In this document: positions 17,823 to 27,224 of the stretch, one piece after another
Layout of the letters: each line of letters starts with the position of its first letter
Position numbering within the stretch: the first letter of the stretch is position 1
Notes under the pieces: model-generated
Told to the model about the DNA's origin: nothing
The model's input: the letters and a program-made list of their open reading frames with translations, nothing else
Database searches by the model: none
Made by a program: the position numbers and the translations under genes
Origin: Candidatus Latescibacterota bacterium
Lineage (GTDB): Bacteria > Latescibacterota > UBA2968
DNA length: 64,000 bases
Assembly: GCA_965222605.1 (NCBI GenBank)
Contig: OZ244960.1
Coordinates: 5,280,001 to 5,344,000 of the forward strand
Direction of reading: 5' to 3'

Positions 17823-18884
17823 ATGACCAAACGCAAAATTAAAGGTACGCAACAAACCGATGGCAAGCAGCAAGCAATTGAGAACGCAATTGCCCAAATC
17901 GAAAAACAATTTGGACAGGGGGCAATTATGCGCCTGGGGGGCGAGGATGGCCAACCCCGTGTCGCAGAAGTTATTCCGACGGGTTCTTTGAGCCTGGATG
18001 TTGCACTGGGCGCTGGTGGTGTTCCCCAGGGAAGAGTGGTTGAAATATATGGCCCTGAAGGGTCGGGCAAGACGACCTTGATTTTGCACATCATTGCCGA
18101 GGCGCAAAAGCGCGGTGGAGCAGCGGCTTTTATCGATGCAGAACACGCATTGAATGTGGATTTGGCCGAACGCCTGGGCGTGGATATCGAAAATTTATTG
18201 ATCGCCCAGCCCGATACGGGGGAAGAAGCACTCGAAATTACAGATACTCTCGTGCGTAGCGGTGCTTTTGGGGTCGTGGCTTTAGACTCTGTGGCTGCTC
18301 TGGTGCCGCGTGCCGAACTCGAAGGTGATATGGGTGATTCCCACATGGGCTTGCACGCCCGTCTGATGTCTCAGGCTCTGCGCAAACTCATCGGATCAAT
18401 CGGCCAGTCTAAAACCTGTGTGATCTTTGCCAATCAGATTCGCATGAAGATAGGCGTGATGTTTGGCAATCCCGAAACGACCACCGGTGGCCGTGCGCTT
18501 CCGTTTTACGCATCGGTGCGTATGGATATTCGGCGCATTCGTTCTATTAAAGACGGGCAAGAGATCGTTGGCAATCGCGTTCGGATTCGCGTGGTGAAAA
18601 ACAAGATGGCACCGCCTTTTAAGGAATGTGAAGTTGATCTGATGTTCGGAGAGGGCATTTCCAAAGAGGGCAGTCTGATCGATATGGCCGAATTGCACGG
18701 CATCATCAAGAAAAGTGGCACCTGGTTCTCTTATGGCGATGACCGGCTTGGACAGGGACGCGAAAATGTCAAGCACTACCTGAAAGAGAACGCGAGTTTG
18801 TCTGCAAAAATCGAACGCGAGGTGCGCGAGGCTGTGGGGCTTCCCGTCGATAAGGTATCTGAACTCGAAGAAGAACCTGTATAA
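17823..18884 (+). CDS. recA: Recombinase A
   Basis: [56 protein letters not shown]. Confidence 0.98.
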   Translation: MTKRKIKGTQQTDGKQQAIENAIAQIEKQFGQGAIMRLGGEDGQPRVAEVIPTGSLSLDVALGAGGVPQGRVVEIYGPEGSGKTTLILHIIAEAQKRGGAAAFIDAEHALNVDLAERLGVDIENLLIAQPDTGEEALEITDTLVRSGAFGVVALDSVAALVPRAELEGDMGDSHMGLHARLMSQALRKLIGSIGQSKTCVIFANQIRMKIGVMFGNPETTTGGRALPFYASVRMDIRRIRSIKDGQEIVGNRVRIRVVKNKMAPPFKECEVDLMFGEGISKEGSLIDMAELHGIIKKSGTWFSYGDDRLGQGRENVKHYLKENASLSAKIEREVREAVGLPVDKVSELEEEPV

Positions 18885-19004
18885 TACGTTGTTGACATCT
18901 CAACTTTCTCTAATTTAATTCATAACTGATGTTACGCATGCAGAAAAACTGGAAATAATTCCGCCTTTTTTCTTGTCCCATGCCTTCAGAGAAATGAGGG
19001 AAGG

Positions 19005-21956
19005 ATGTTGCAAAAATTTTTGCACAAAAAAATGCCGTTTATTGCTGCTTTTGCGTTGTTGCTATGCGTGGGTCAAGCCTCTGCTGTTTCCAATGCAAAT
19101 AATGCTACGGCTACTGTTACGCAGTCTGCAGATCTCAACGGCGATGGGACGGTTGGCTTTGCGGATTTTTTGTTATTTGCGAGTCTGTTTGGGGCAAATC
19201 AAGGCGATGACAGGTATGATGTCCGGGCTGATTTGGACGGGGATGGTGCGATAGGTTTTGGCGATTTTCTGATTTTTGCCAATGCCTTTGGCACATCCGG
19301 CTCTGGTGGTGGCGGTGGCAGCCCTGATCTCATTGTTATAGCACCTTCGGTGAGCGATACCACGCTGACGCCTGAGCAGATGTTCACGCTGAATGCGACG
19401 GTACGCAACCATGGGAGTGGACAAGCCGCTGAGACGACGCTGACGTATTACCATTCGACCGACGCGACGATCTCGACGGATGATACGGAGGTTGGCACGG
19501 ATGCCATAGGCAGTCTCAATGCGGGCGGCACGAGTGACCAGTCGATTGACTTGAATGCGCCATCGAGTGCCGGCACGTACTATTACGGTGCCTGCGTAGC
19601 GAGCGTCAGTGGTGAGAGCAATACGGATAACAATTGCTCAGATGGGATGCCTGTCACGGTCAGCGATGGCGGGGAAGGTGGTCAAGGGGGTGGTGAGACG
19701 TCCTTCGATCTGGATAACAACAGCAATCCGCAGGATATCATCTATGTCAACGACCGATTCTATGTGGTTGATCGGGAGGATGTAAGGGTCTATGGGTACG
19801 GGAGTGACGGTCAGCGAGATTCGGGTGGAGACTTCTATCTGGCTGGCAGTGATCCGAGGAGTATTACCTATGCCAACGACCGATTCTATGTGGTTGATGA
19901 CGAGGATAATAAGGTCTATGCGTACACGAGTTCTGGGCAGCGAGATTCGGCAGCAGACTTCGATCTAGCTATAAATGATCCGAGAGGTATTACTTATGCC
20001 AACGACCGATTCTATGTGGCTGATGACGAGAATAATAAGGTCTATGGGTATGGGAGTGACGGTCAGCGAGATTCGGCAGCAGACTTCGATCTGGCTATAA
20101 GTGATCCGAGAGGTATTACTTATGCCAACGACCGATTCTATGTGGTTAATGACGGGGATGATAAGGTCTATGGGTATGGGAGTGACGGTCAGCGAGATTC
20201 GGGTGCGGACTTCAATCTGGCTACTGGTGACCCCAGGGGTATCACCCATGCCAACAACCAATTCTATGTGGTTGATTTCTGGAATGATAAGGTCTATGGG
20301 TACGGGAGCGACGGGCGGCGTGATTCGGGTGCAGACTTCGGTCTGCATAGCAACAACACTCCGCAGGATATCACCTATGCCAACGACCTATTTTATGTGC
20401 TTGATGTGGATGATATAAAGGTCTATGGTTACGGGAGTAACGGGCGGCGTGATTCGGGTGCAGACTTCGATCTGGCTAACAGTGATCCGTTTGGTATCAT
20501 CTATGCCAACAATCTATTTTATGTGCTTGATCCCTCGGATGTAAAGATCTATGGGTACATGAGTTCTGGTCTGCGTGATTCAACAGCAGACTTCAATCTG
20601 GCTGGCAACAACGATGATCCGTCGGGTATCACCTATGCCAACAATCAATTCTATGTGATTGATACCTCAGATGAAAAGGTTTATGTGTACACGAGTTCTG
20701 GGCAGCGTGTTCCGACTGCAGACTTCAATCTGGCTAATAGTTCTCCGTCGGGTATCATCTATGCCAACAACCTATTCTATGTGGTTGATTCTGCAGATGA
20801 AAAGGTCTATGTGTACACGAGTTCTGGGCAGCGTGTTGCGGCTGCAGACTTCGATCTGGCTATCAGTTCTCCGACGGGTGTCGCCTATGCCAACGACCAA
20901 TTCTATGTGCTTGATGTGGAAGATGCAAAGGTCTATTGGTACACGAGTCCCGACCCAGATCCTGATCTAATTGTTATATCGCCTTCGGTGAGCAATAGCA
21001 GCCCGAATGCCGACGAGTCCTTCAGTTTGAGCGCTGCGGTTCGCAATCAGGGCGCGGGTTCTTCGGCTGCGACGTCCTTGCGCTACTACCTCTCGACCGA
21101 TGATACGATCACAACGAGTGATACAGAGGCTGGCACGGGTGCCATAGGCAGTCTCAATGCGGGAGATACGAGTGACCAGTCAATTGACTTGAATGCGCCA
21201 TCGAGTGTGGGGATATACTACTACGGCGCGTGTGTCCAAAGCGTCATTGGGGAGAGCGATACCGATAACAACTGCTCGAATGGGGTGCGTATCTCAACTG
21301 CAGACTTTGCTCTGGATAGCGACAACGTTGATCCGGAAGGTATCACCTATGCCAACAACCGATTCTATGTGCTTGATTCCAGGGATACAAAGGTTTATGC
21401 GTACACGAGTTCCGGTCAGCGCGATGCGGCAGCAGACTTCGATCTGGATAGCAACAACAGTGGTCCGGAAGGTATCGTCTATGCCAACAACCGATTCTAT
21501 GTGGTTGATCGGGGAAATGTGTTTGATCGAGGGGATGAAAAGGTTTATGCGTACACGAGTTCCGGTCAGCGTGATGCGGCAGCAGACTTCAATCTGGATA
21601 GCGGTGCTCCGGCGAGTATTACCTATGCCAACGAGCGATTCTATGTGGCCGATTTTTCGAATGCAAAGGTTTATGGCTACACGAGTTCCGGTCAGCGCGA
21701 TGCGGCAGCAGACTTCGACCTGGATAGCGACAACAGTGATCCGTTTGGTATCGTCTATGCCAACGAGCGATTCTATGTGGTTGATAACGAGGACGGTCAG
21801 GTTTATGCGTACACGAGTTCCGGTCAGCGTGATTCGGATGCAGACTTCAATGTGACGGGTAGTGATCCGTTTGGTATCATCTATGTGAACGACATATTCT
21901 ATGTGGTTGATAGCGGGGATGAAAAGGTTTATGCGTACACGAGTTCTGGGCAATAA
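19005..21956 (+). CDS. Secreted repeat protein: signal peptide, dockerin-like EF-hand pair, CARDB-like Ig domain, 10 propeller repeats, CARDB-like domain, 5 propeller repeats
   Basis: FALLLCVGQASA signal; DLNGDGTVGFADFLLF and DLDGDGAIGFGDFLIF; two PDLIV...VRNxG...YYYGACV...ESxTDNNCS domains; ~42-aa repeats DFxL...P.GI.YAN..FYV.D..D.KVY.Y.S.GQRD. Confidence 0.88.
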   Translation: MLQKFLHKKMPFIAAFALLLCVGQASAVSNANNATATVTQSADLNGDGTVGFADFLLFASLFGANQGDDRYDVRADLDGDGAIGFGDFLIFANAFGTSGSGGGGGSPDLIVIAPSVSDTTLTPEQMFTLNATVRNHGSGQAAETTLTYYHSTDATISTDDTEVGTDAIGSLNAGGTSDQSIDLNAPSSAGTYYYGACVASVSGESNTDNNCSDGMPVTVSDGGEGGQGGGETSFDLDNNSNPQDIIYVNDRFYVVDREDVRVYGYGSDGQRDSGGDFYLAGSDPRSITYANDRFYVVDDEDNKVYAYTSSGQRDSAADFDLAINDPRGITYANDRFYVADDENNKVYGYGSDGQRDSAADFDLAISDPRGITYANDRFYVVNDGDDKVYGYGSDGQRDSGADFNLATGDPRGITHANNQFYVVDFWNDKVYGYGSDGRRDSGADFGLHSNNTPQDITYANDLFYVLDVDDIKVYGYGSNGRRDSGADFDLANSDPFGIIYANNLFYVLDPSDVKIYGYMSSGLRDSTADFNLAGNNDDPSGITYANNQFYVIDTSDEKVYVYTSSGQRVPTADFNLANSSPSGIIYANNLFYVVDSADEKVYVYTSSGQRVAAADFDLAISSPTGVAYANDQFYVLDVEDAKVYWYTSPDPDPDLIVISPSVSNSSPNADESFSLSAAVRNQGAGSSAATSLRYYLSTDDTITTSDTEAGTGAIGSLNAGDTSDQSIDLNAPSSVGIYYYGACVQSVIGESDTDNNCSNGVRISTADFALDSDNVDPEGITYANNRFYVLDSRDTKVYAYTSSGQRDAAADFDLDSNNSGPEGIVYANNRFYVVDRGNVFDRGDEKVYAYTSSGQRDAAADFNLDSGAPASITYANERFYVADFSNAKVYGYTSSGQRDAAADFDLDSDNSDPFGIVYANERFYVVDNEDGQVYAYTSSGQRDSDADFNVTGSDPFGIIYVNDIFYVVDSGDEKVYAYTSSGQ
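19701..20950 (+). repeat. Ten tandem ~126-bp coding repeats (NHL-like blades)
   Basis: Recurring blocks gccaacgaccgattctatgtgg, aaggtctatgggta, cagacttc. Confidence 0.9.
21300..21953 (+). repeat. Five tandem ~126-150-bp coding repeats
   Basis: Recurring blocks tacacgagttccggtcagcg, gcagacttc, gattctatgtgg. Confidence 0.9.
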
Positions 21957-21994
21957 CGCACGGGGAACATGAGAAAGAAATCGCATTTTAGGCT

Positions 21995-22022
21995 TTGACA
22001 ACAGAGTGGGTTTGCCTATTTT
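21995..22022 (+). promoter_or_regulatory. Possible sigma70 promoter for recX-alaS
   Basis: TTGACA-16 nt-TATTTT. Confidence 0.4.
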
Positions 22023-22061
22023 AATACCTGCTCTGTTGTTCTTTTTTAGCGAGAAATTATC

Positions 22062-22583
22062 GTGAAATTAGAGTCTGCCACATCCACGCTGTTTGAGACT
22101 GATGAAGCCGCTGAAAAGGCCAAGGCGTATGCCTTGCGCTTGCTGAGCAATCGGGCTTATACAAAAAAGGAGATTTGCGACAAACTCGCTGGACGAGGTT
22201 ATGAGCAAGGTGCGATTGAACAGACTCTCTCGATGCTCAAGCGTCTCAATTTAATTGATGATGTGTTGTTTGCGCGTCAATTTGTCGAGCAACGGTTGCG
22301 ATTGCGGCCTTCTGGCCGGGTGGCACTTGTGCGCGATCTTGTGCATCGGGGTGTTCCGACTGAGATAATCGATCGCGTTTTGGACGATGTTTTGGCAGAT
22401 ATTGACATTGAAGATGTCGCACTCGATTTGCTGATGAGCAGGGCAAATCGCTACCGGGGATTGTCTCGTGAGAAAGCTCTGGGAAGGATGTTCGGTTTTT
22501 TAGGGCGCAGGGGATTTGAGGTTTCGGTTGCGCGAGATGTCGCTCATGAAGTTTGGTCTAAAATAGAAAATGAAGAAGGTTAA
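22062..22583 (+). CDS. recX: Regulatory protein RecX
   Basis: ALRLLSNRAYTKKEICDKL, LIDDVLFARQF, FLGRRGF; near recA and before alaS. Confidence 0.9.
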   Translation: MKLESATSTLFETDEAAEKAKAYALRLLSNRAYTKKEICDKLAGRGYEQGAIEQTLSMLKRLNLIDDVLFARQFVEQRLRLRPSGRVALVRDLVHRGVPTEIIDRVLDDVLADIDIEDVALDLLMSRANRYRGLSREKALGRMFGFLGRRGFEVSVARDVAHEVWSKIENEEG

Positions 22584-22590
22584 ATAAAAG

Positions 22591-25206
22591 ATGAAGACTG
22601 CTGTACAAATTCGCGAAGAGTTTCAGGCATTTTTTGAATCCAAAGGCCATACGCGGGTTCAAAGTGCGCCCTTAGTGCTGCAAGACGATCCCACATTGTT
22701 GTTTACCAATGCGGGTATGAATCAGTTTAAGGATGTGTTTTTAGGCACCGGACGTCGGCCTTATTCACGGGCGGTTGATACGCAGAAGTGTTTGCGGGTA
22801 TCGGGCAAACACAACGACCTGGAAGAAGTGGGATTCAGCCCCAACCATCACACGTTTTTTGAGATGTTGGGCAACTGGTCTTTTGGCGACTACTTTAAAA
22901 AAGAAGCCATCGCATGGGCGTGGGAGTTGCTCACAGATGTGTGGCAACTGCCAAAAGATCGCATGTGGGCAACGGTGTTTGGCGGCGACGAGGCCGATGG
23001 TCTGGAGGCCGATGTGCAGGCCGAAAATCTCTGGACGCGCGTGACGGATTTGTCCGCCAATCGCGTGCTGCGCCTGGGCAAAAAAGATAATTTCTGGGAG
23101 ATGGGGAATACCGGTCCTTGTGGCCCGTGTTCCGAAATACACTTTTATCTCGGCGATGATCCATCAAAGCAGGATGCCGTGCCGGATTTAGACTCCGAGG
23201 ATTATGTCGAAATCTGGAATCTGGTTTTTATTCAGTACAATCGCGATGCCGATGGCATATTGCTGCCTTTGCCAGATCAGCACGTGGATACAGGGATGGG
23301 ATTTGAGCGGATTTGTTCAATTTTGCAGGGTGTACAAACCACTTATGATACGGATGTGTTTTTGCCAATTATTGGGGCGATCGGCGAGATTACCCGAAAA
23401 CCCTATCACAAAGATCACTGGGTGCCCATGCGCGTGATTGCCGATCATGTGCGTACACTCGCATTTGCAATCGCAGATGGGGCGCTGCCATCCAATGCAG
23501 GTCGAGGCTATGTTTTGCGGCGGATTTTGCGCCGTGCCGCGCGGTTTGGACGCACGCTGGGGATGCATGAGCCGTTTATTTTTCGACTCATAGAGACAGT
23601 AGTCCGCGAAATGAGTGTTGCATTTCCCGAAGTGGCAGAAAAACGCGATTATATTGCACGGGTGATTCGGTCTGAGGAAGAAGGATTTGGCAAAACACTC
23701 GATCGCGGGCTGGAAATTTTTGACGCAATGCAGGCGAAAGGACATATTTCTGGGGCAGATGCTTTTCAGTTGTACGATACCTATGGTTTTCCCATTGATT
23801 TGACGCGGTTAATGGCAGCCGAAAAAGGTATCGAGGTGGATGAGGAGGGCTTTGAAGCGCAAATGGCGGCACAGCAGATGCGATCTCGTTTAGCAGCTTC
23901 TTTTACAGCAGGGGCCCCAACATTTAGTGCCGGACTATCTATAGAACATTCGGAATTTGTGGGATACGAAACACTTGCGTCCGATTCGCGCATTGTCGCC
24001 TGTCAACCTGCACTGGATGAGATGTTGGATATTTATCTGGATATAACGCCATTTTATGCCGAGTCTGGCGGGCAGGTTGGAGATACGGGCGAACTTGTGG
24101 GAGCAGGCATGCGCTTTGAAGTAGCGACTACGTTCAGGGAAGGAGAAGCAGTTGTTCATCGCGGTCGCCTGTGCGATGGGCAGGTCGAAGAATTGATTGA
24201 TGCGGACGTGAAGGCGCGTGTCGATGCTGAAACCCGTTTGAATACGGCGCGCAATCACACAGCCACGCATCTGATGCATCGCGCTTTGCGGCAGGTATTG
24301 GGTGATCATGTACACCAGGCCGGTTCGCTGGTTGCCCCAGATCGATTGCGGTTTGATTTTACGCATTTTGAAGGTGTAACGCCCACGCAATTAGACGATG
24401 TTGTGGGAATCGTAAATGACGTGGTCAGGAGAGATTGGGCTGTCGATATTTCTTTTGATAAATTGGATCGCGCTGTGGAAATGGGTGCGATGATGTTGTT
24501 TAGCGAAAAATATGGCGATGTGGTGCGCATGGTGCAGGTGGGGGATTTTAGCCTGGAGTTGTGCGGTGGTACGCATGTGCAAAGCACCGGGCAAATCGGG
24601 TTGTTTCAACTCACGCAAGAGACGGGTACCGCAGCCGGCGTGCGGCGTATTGAGGCGGTCACCGGGCCGGGAGCAGAAGCCCTTGTGAGAGAACAAAAGA
24701 AAATTTTGGCCGATCTCGCGTCGCAACTGAGTGCGCCAACATCAGAATTGTCGGATAAGGTTGCGCACCTGATCGCGCACAATCGCGAACTCGAGCGCGA
24801 GTTGCAGAGCTTGCGACGAGAGCAGGCCGGTTCAGAGATGGATATGCTGGTGAGCAGTGCTCTAAATGTAAATGGGTTGCGCGTTGTGGCCGCCGAGGTC
24901 TCGCCGCCCGATATGGACGGGTTTCGCACAATGGGCGACGGTTTGCGCGATGCCCTGGGCACAGGGGGCGTTGGCGTGATTGGTGCGAATTTAAATGGCA
25001 AGGCATCGCTTCTCGCGGTAGTGACAGACGATCTGATCGATCGGGGTGTGGAGGCTGGCAATGTTGTCAAAGCCATCGCACAGATCGTGGGTGGCGGCGG
25101 TGGTGGTCGCCCCCATCTGGCGCAGGCCGGTGGCAAGTTCCCGGAAAAGATCGGAGAAGCTCTGGCGCGAGTGCCCGACATCATTCGGGCACAGGTGGAA
25201 GGGTAA
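22591..25206 (+). CDS. alaS: Alanine--tRNA ligase
   Basis: DPTLLFTNAGMNQFK, HHTFFEMLGNWSFGDYFK, NHTATHL, ELCGGTH, GGGGGRP..AQAGG. Confidence 0.98.
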   Translation: MKTAVQIREEFQAFFESKGHTRVQSAPLVLQDDPTLLFTNAGMNQFKDVFLGTGRRPYSRAVDTQKCLRVSGKHNDLEEVGFSPNHHTFFEMLGNWSFGDYFKKEAIAWAWELLTDVWQLPKDRMWATVFGGDEADGLEADVQAENLWTRVTDLSANRVLRLGKKDNFWEMGNTGPCGPCSEIHFYLGDDPSKQDAVPDLDSEDYVEIWNLVFIQYNRDADGILLPLPDQHVDTGMGFERICSILQGVQTTYDTDVFLPIIGAIGEITRKPYHKDHWVPMRVIADHVRTLAFAIADGALPSNAGRGYVLRRILRRAARFGRTLGMHEPFIFRLIETVVREMSVAFPEVAEKRDYIARVIRSEEEGFGKTLDRGLEIFDAMQAKGHISGADAFQLYDTYGFPIDLTRLMAAEKGIEVDEEGFEAQMAAQQMRSRLAASFTAGAPTFSAGLSIEHSEFVGYETLASDSRIVACQPALDEMLDIYLDITPFYAESGGQVGDTGELVGAGMRFEVATTFREGEAVVHRGRLCDGQVEELIDADVKARVDAETRLNTARNHTATHLMHRALRQVLGDHVHQAGSLVAPDRLRFDFTHFEGVTPTQLDDVVGIVNDVVRRDWAVDISFDKLDRAVEMGAMMLFSEKYGDVVRMVQVGDFSLELCGGTHVQSTGQIGLFQLTQETGTAAGVRRIEAVTGPGAEALVREQKKILADLASQLSAPTSELSDKVAHLIAHNRELERELQSLRREQAGSEMDMLVSSALNVNGLRVVAAEVSPPDMDGFRTMGDGLRDALGTGGVGVIGANLNGKASLLAVVTDDLIDRGVEAGNVVKAIAQIVGGGGGGRPHLAQAGGKFPEKIGEALARVPDIIRAQVEG

Positions 25207-25214
25207 GTGCCTCA

Positions 25215-25964
25215 ATGTCTATATTCGAACAGTTGGTGGCTATTCGCAATCGCCGCGGGGCGGGGTTTTTGCCCTATCTGGATCCCGACAGGCTCGATAA
25301 AAAGGATCTGGGACGCACGGCCTCTCTTTGCGAAGCACAAGGGGCAGACGCCATTTTGATTGGCGGCAGTTTTTTGTTATCCACCAATTTTGATCGCATG
25401 GTGCGCGAGGTCAAAAGCGCTGTAGATATTCCGGTGATTATATTTCCAGGCGATACCAACCAGATCTCAGCGGTTGCTGATGCGATTATGTTTTTGTCGC
25501 TTATCAGTGGACGCAATCCCGAATTGCTGATTGGGCAACACGTCAAGGCCGCACCAATTTTGAAAGCACACGGCTTAGAGGCTATTGCAACCGGCTACGC
25601 GCTCGTGGATACAGGACAGCTAACCACAGCCGAATACGTGAGCAACACGCGTCCCTTGCCGCGCGACAAACCCGAGATTGCTATGGCGCACGCTCTTGCT
25701 GCTGAGTATTTGGGTATGCAATGCGTGTACCTGGATGCCGGTAGCGGGCCAGAGTTGATGGTACCCGAAGAAATAGTACAGGCGGTCTGTAGTTATGTGT
25801 CGATCCCAATAATTGTCGGCGGCGGCATTCGCGCCCCCAAAGCTGCGGCAAAACGGGTCGCATTGGGCGCAGCTTTTGTGGTGGTTGGGAGTATTTTTGA
25901 AGAAACGGGCTGGGATGCCGCGCTGATTGGCGCGTTTGCTTCTGCCATTCACTGTCTCGACTGA
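25215..25964 (+). CDS. Geranylgeranylglyceryl-phosphate synthase family protein (group II-like)
   Basis: LDPD, ILIGGS, IFPG, LSLISGRNPELLIGQHV, YLDAGSG, IVGGGIR. Confidence 0.88.
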   Translation: MSIFEQLVAIRNRRGAGFLPYLDPDRLDKKDLGRTASLCEAQGADAILIGGSFLLSTNFDRMVREVKSAVDIPVIIFPGDTNQISAVADAIMFLSLISGRNPELLIGQHVKAAPILKAHGLEAIATGYALVDTGQLTTAEYVSNTRPLPRDKPEIAMAHALAAEYLGMQCVYLDAGSGPELMVPEEIVQAVCSYVSIPIIVGGGIRAPKAAAKRVALGAAFVVVGSIFEETGWDAALIGAFASAIHCLD

Positions 25965-25994
25965 GTCCATTTTTTGACAATTGGGGATGTCGTT

Positions 25995-26018
25995 ACCGTC
26001 TTTGCGGACGGTTTTTTT
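25995..26018 (+). terminator. Intrinsic terminator
   Basis: accgtc-tttgcg-gacggt followed by a T run. Confidence 0.7.
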
Positions 26019-26033
26019 ATGTGAGCGTATGTT

Positions 26034-26924
26034 ATGTCTATTTCATCTCGTACAGTGTTGTGTTACGGGGTACTGGGTATCGACCAAATCGTGCAAGTGG
26101 CCTGGTTTCCCGAGCGCAATGGGCACACGCGCGCGTTTCGCGACGAAGAATTTGTTGGTGGAGAAGCGACCAATACGGCGGTGACTCTGAGCGGGTTGGG
26201 AGTTGATGTGCGGTTGATGGGGTGTGCACTGGGAGACGACCGCAGAGGCGCACTTTTCTTGCGCACCATGCGTCAATTTGACGTGGATATCCGCAGGCTC
26301 GATATAGATCCCAGCGTTCGCACCGGACACGCTGTTATTCTGTCCGATGTCAATGGTGGGCGAACGATTTGTGGACATTTTCCCGATGTGCGCAGTAGGC
26401 CACTGACCGAGGCGGATCTCGATGGTGTTGCCCTGTTGTCTGTCGATCCCTTTTTAGGAGAAAATGCAATCCGAGCAGCTAAAATTGCGCGGGCATGTGA
26501 TGTGACGGTATTTGCAATTGAACTGGCGCCAGATCACCCACTTGCAAAATGCTGTGATGTAGTGATCAATTCTGACGGTTTTATGCGCCGGCACAGAATG
26601 GGCCTCCCCTCAGATGTGGCGGTTGGGCTTTTGAAGGCCGGTATAGAAACCGTGGTGATTACCAAAGGAAAACAGGGCTGTCAGATTTTTCAGGAAAATG
26701 GCAATAGTTTTGAACAGCCCGCATACCAGGTCACTGTGCGCGATACAACCGGGGCGGGAGATGCGTTTCGAGCCGGTCTTATTTACGGGTATTTGCGGGG
26801 ATGGACGCTGACGCGCAGTGTGCAATTTGCCAGCGGAAGTGCTGCACTAACATGTGCCAGGGCTGGTGGGGCAGGCCATATTCACGGAGAAGAACAGGTC
26901 TTGCAACTGATTGTCGAAGATTGA
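26034..26924 (+). CDS. PfkB-family carbohydrate kinase
   Basis: GGEATNTAV..LG, VITKG.QG, DTTGAGDAF. Confidence 0.92.
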   Translation: MSISSRTVLCYGVLGIDQIVQVAWFPERNGHTRAFRDEEFVGGEATNTAVTLSGLGVDVRLMGCALGDDRRGALFLRTMRQFDVDIRRLDIDPSVRTGHAVILSDVNGGRTICGHFPDVRSRPLTEADLDGVALLSVDPFLGENAIRAAKIARACDVTVFAIELAPDHPLAKCCDVVINSDGFMRRHRMGLPSDVAVGLLKAGIETVVITKGKQGCQIFQENGNSFEQPAYQVTVRDTTGAGDAFRAGLIYGYLRGWTLTRSVQFASGSAALTCARAGGAGHIHGEEQVLQLIVED

Positions 26925-26960
26925 ATTTCAAAATTTTTCTGATTATGGGTGATATACACG

Positions 26961-27221
26961 ATGCTGGAACAACGGGCTACGATAAAAAATAAACTGGGCA
27001 TTCACGCGAGACCCGCGGCTTTGCTGGTACAGGCGGCGGCTAAATTTACTTCTGAAATTACACTGGAAAATGATGGTCTGGCAATCAATGGCAAGAGTAT
27101 TATGGGCGTGATGATGTTGGCTGCGGAAGAGGGTTCTGTGATCACGGTGCGGGTCGAAGGTGAAGATGCCCGCGATGCACTGGATCATATCGTCGAAATG
27201 ATTGAATCAAAATTTGACTGA
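26961..27221 (+). CDS. ptsH: Phosphocarrier protein HPr
   Basis: NKLGIHARPAA, NGKSIMGVMMLAA. Confidence 0.95.
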   Translation: MLEQRATIKNKLGIHARPAALLVQAAAKFTSEITLENDGLAINGKSIMGVMMLAAEEGSVITVRVEGEDARDALDHIVEMIESKFD

Positions 27222-27224
27222 GCT

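Noticed and set aside
19701-21953. CRISPR array or DGR variable region
   Set aside because: Repeats are in-frame coding units of about 126 bp without unique spacers; no cas or reverse transcriptase gene in the window, and differences are not confined to adenines
19965-22001. Alternative-frame and antisense ORFs with repetitive translations
   Set aside because: Shadows of the repeat protein; no RBS or independent motifs
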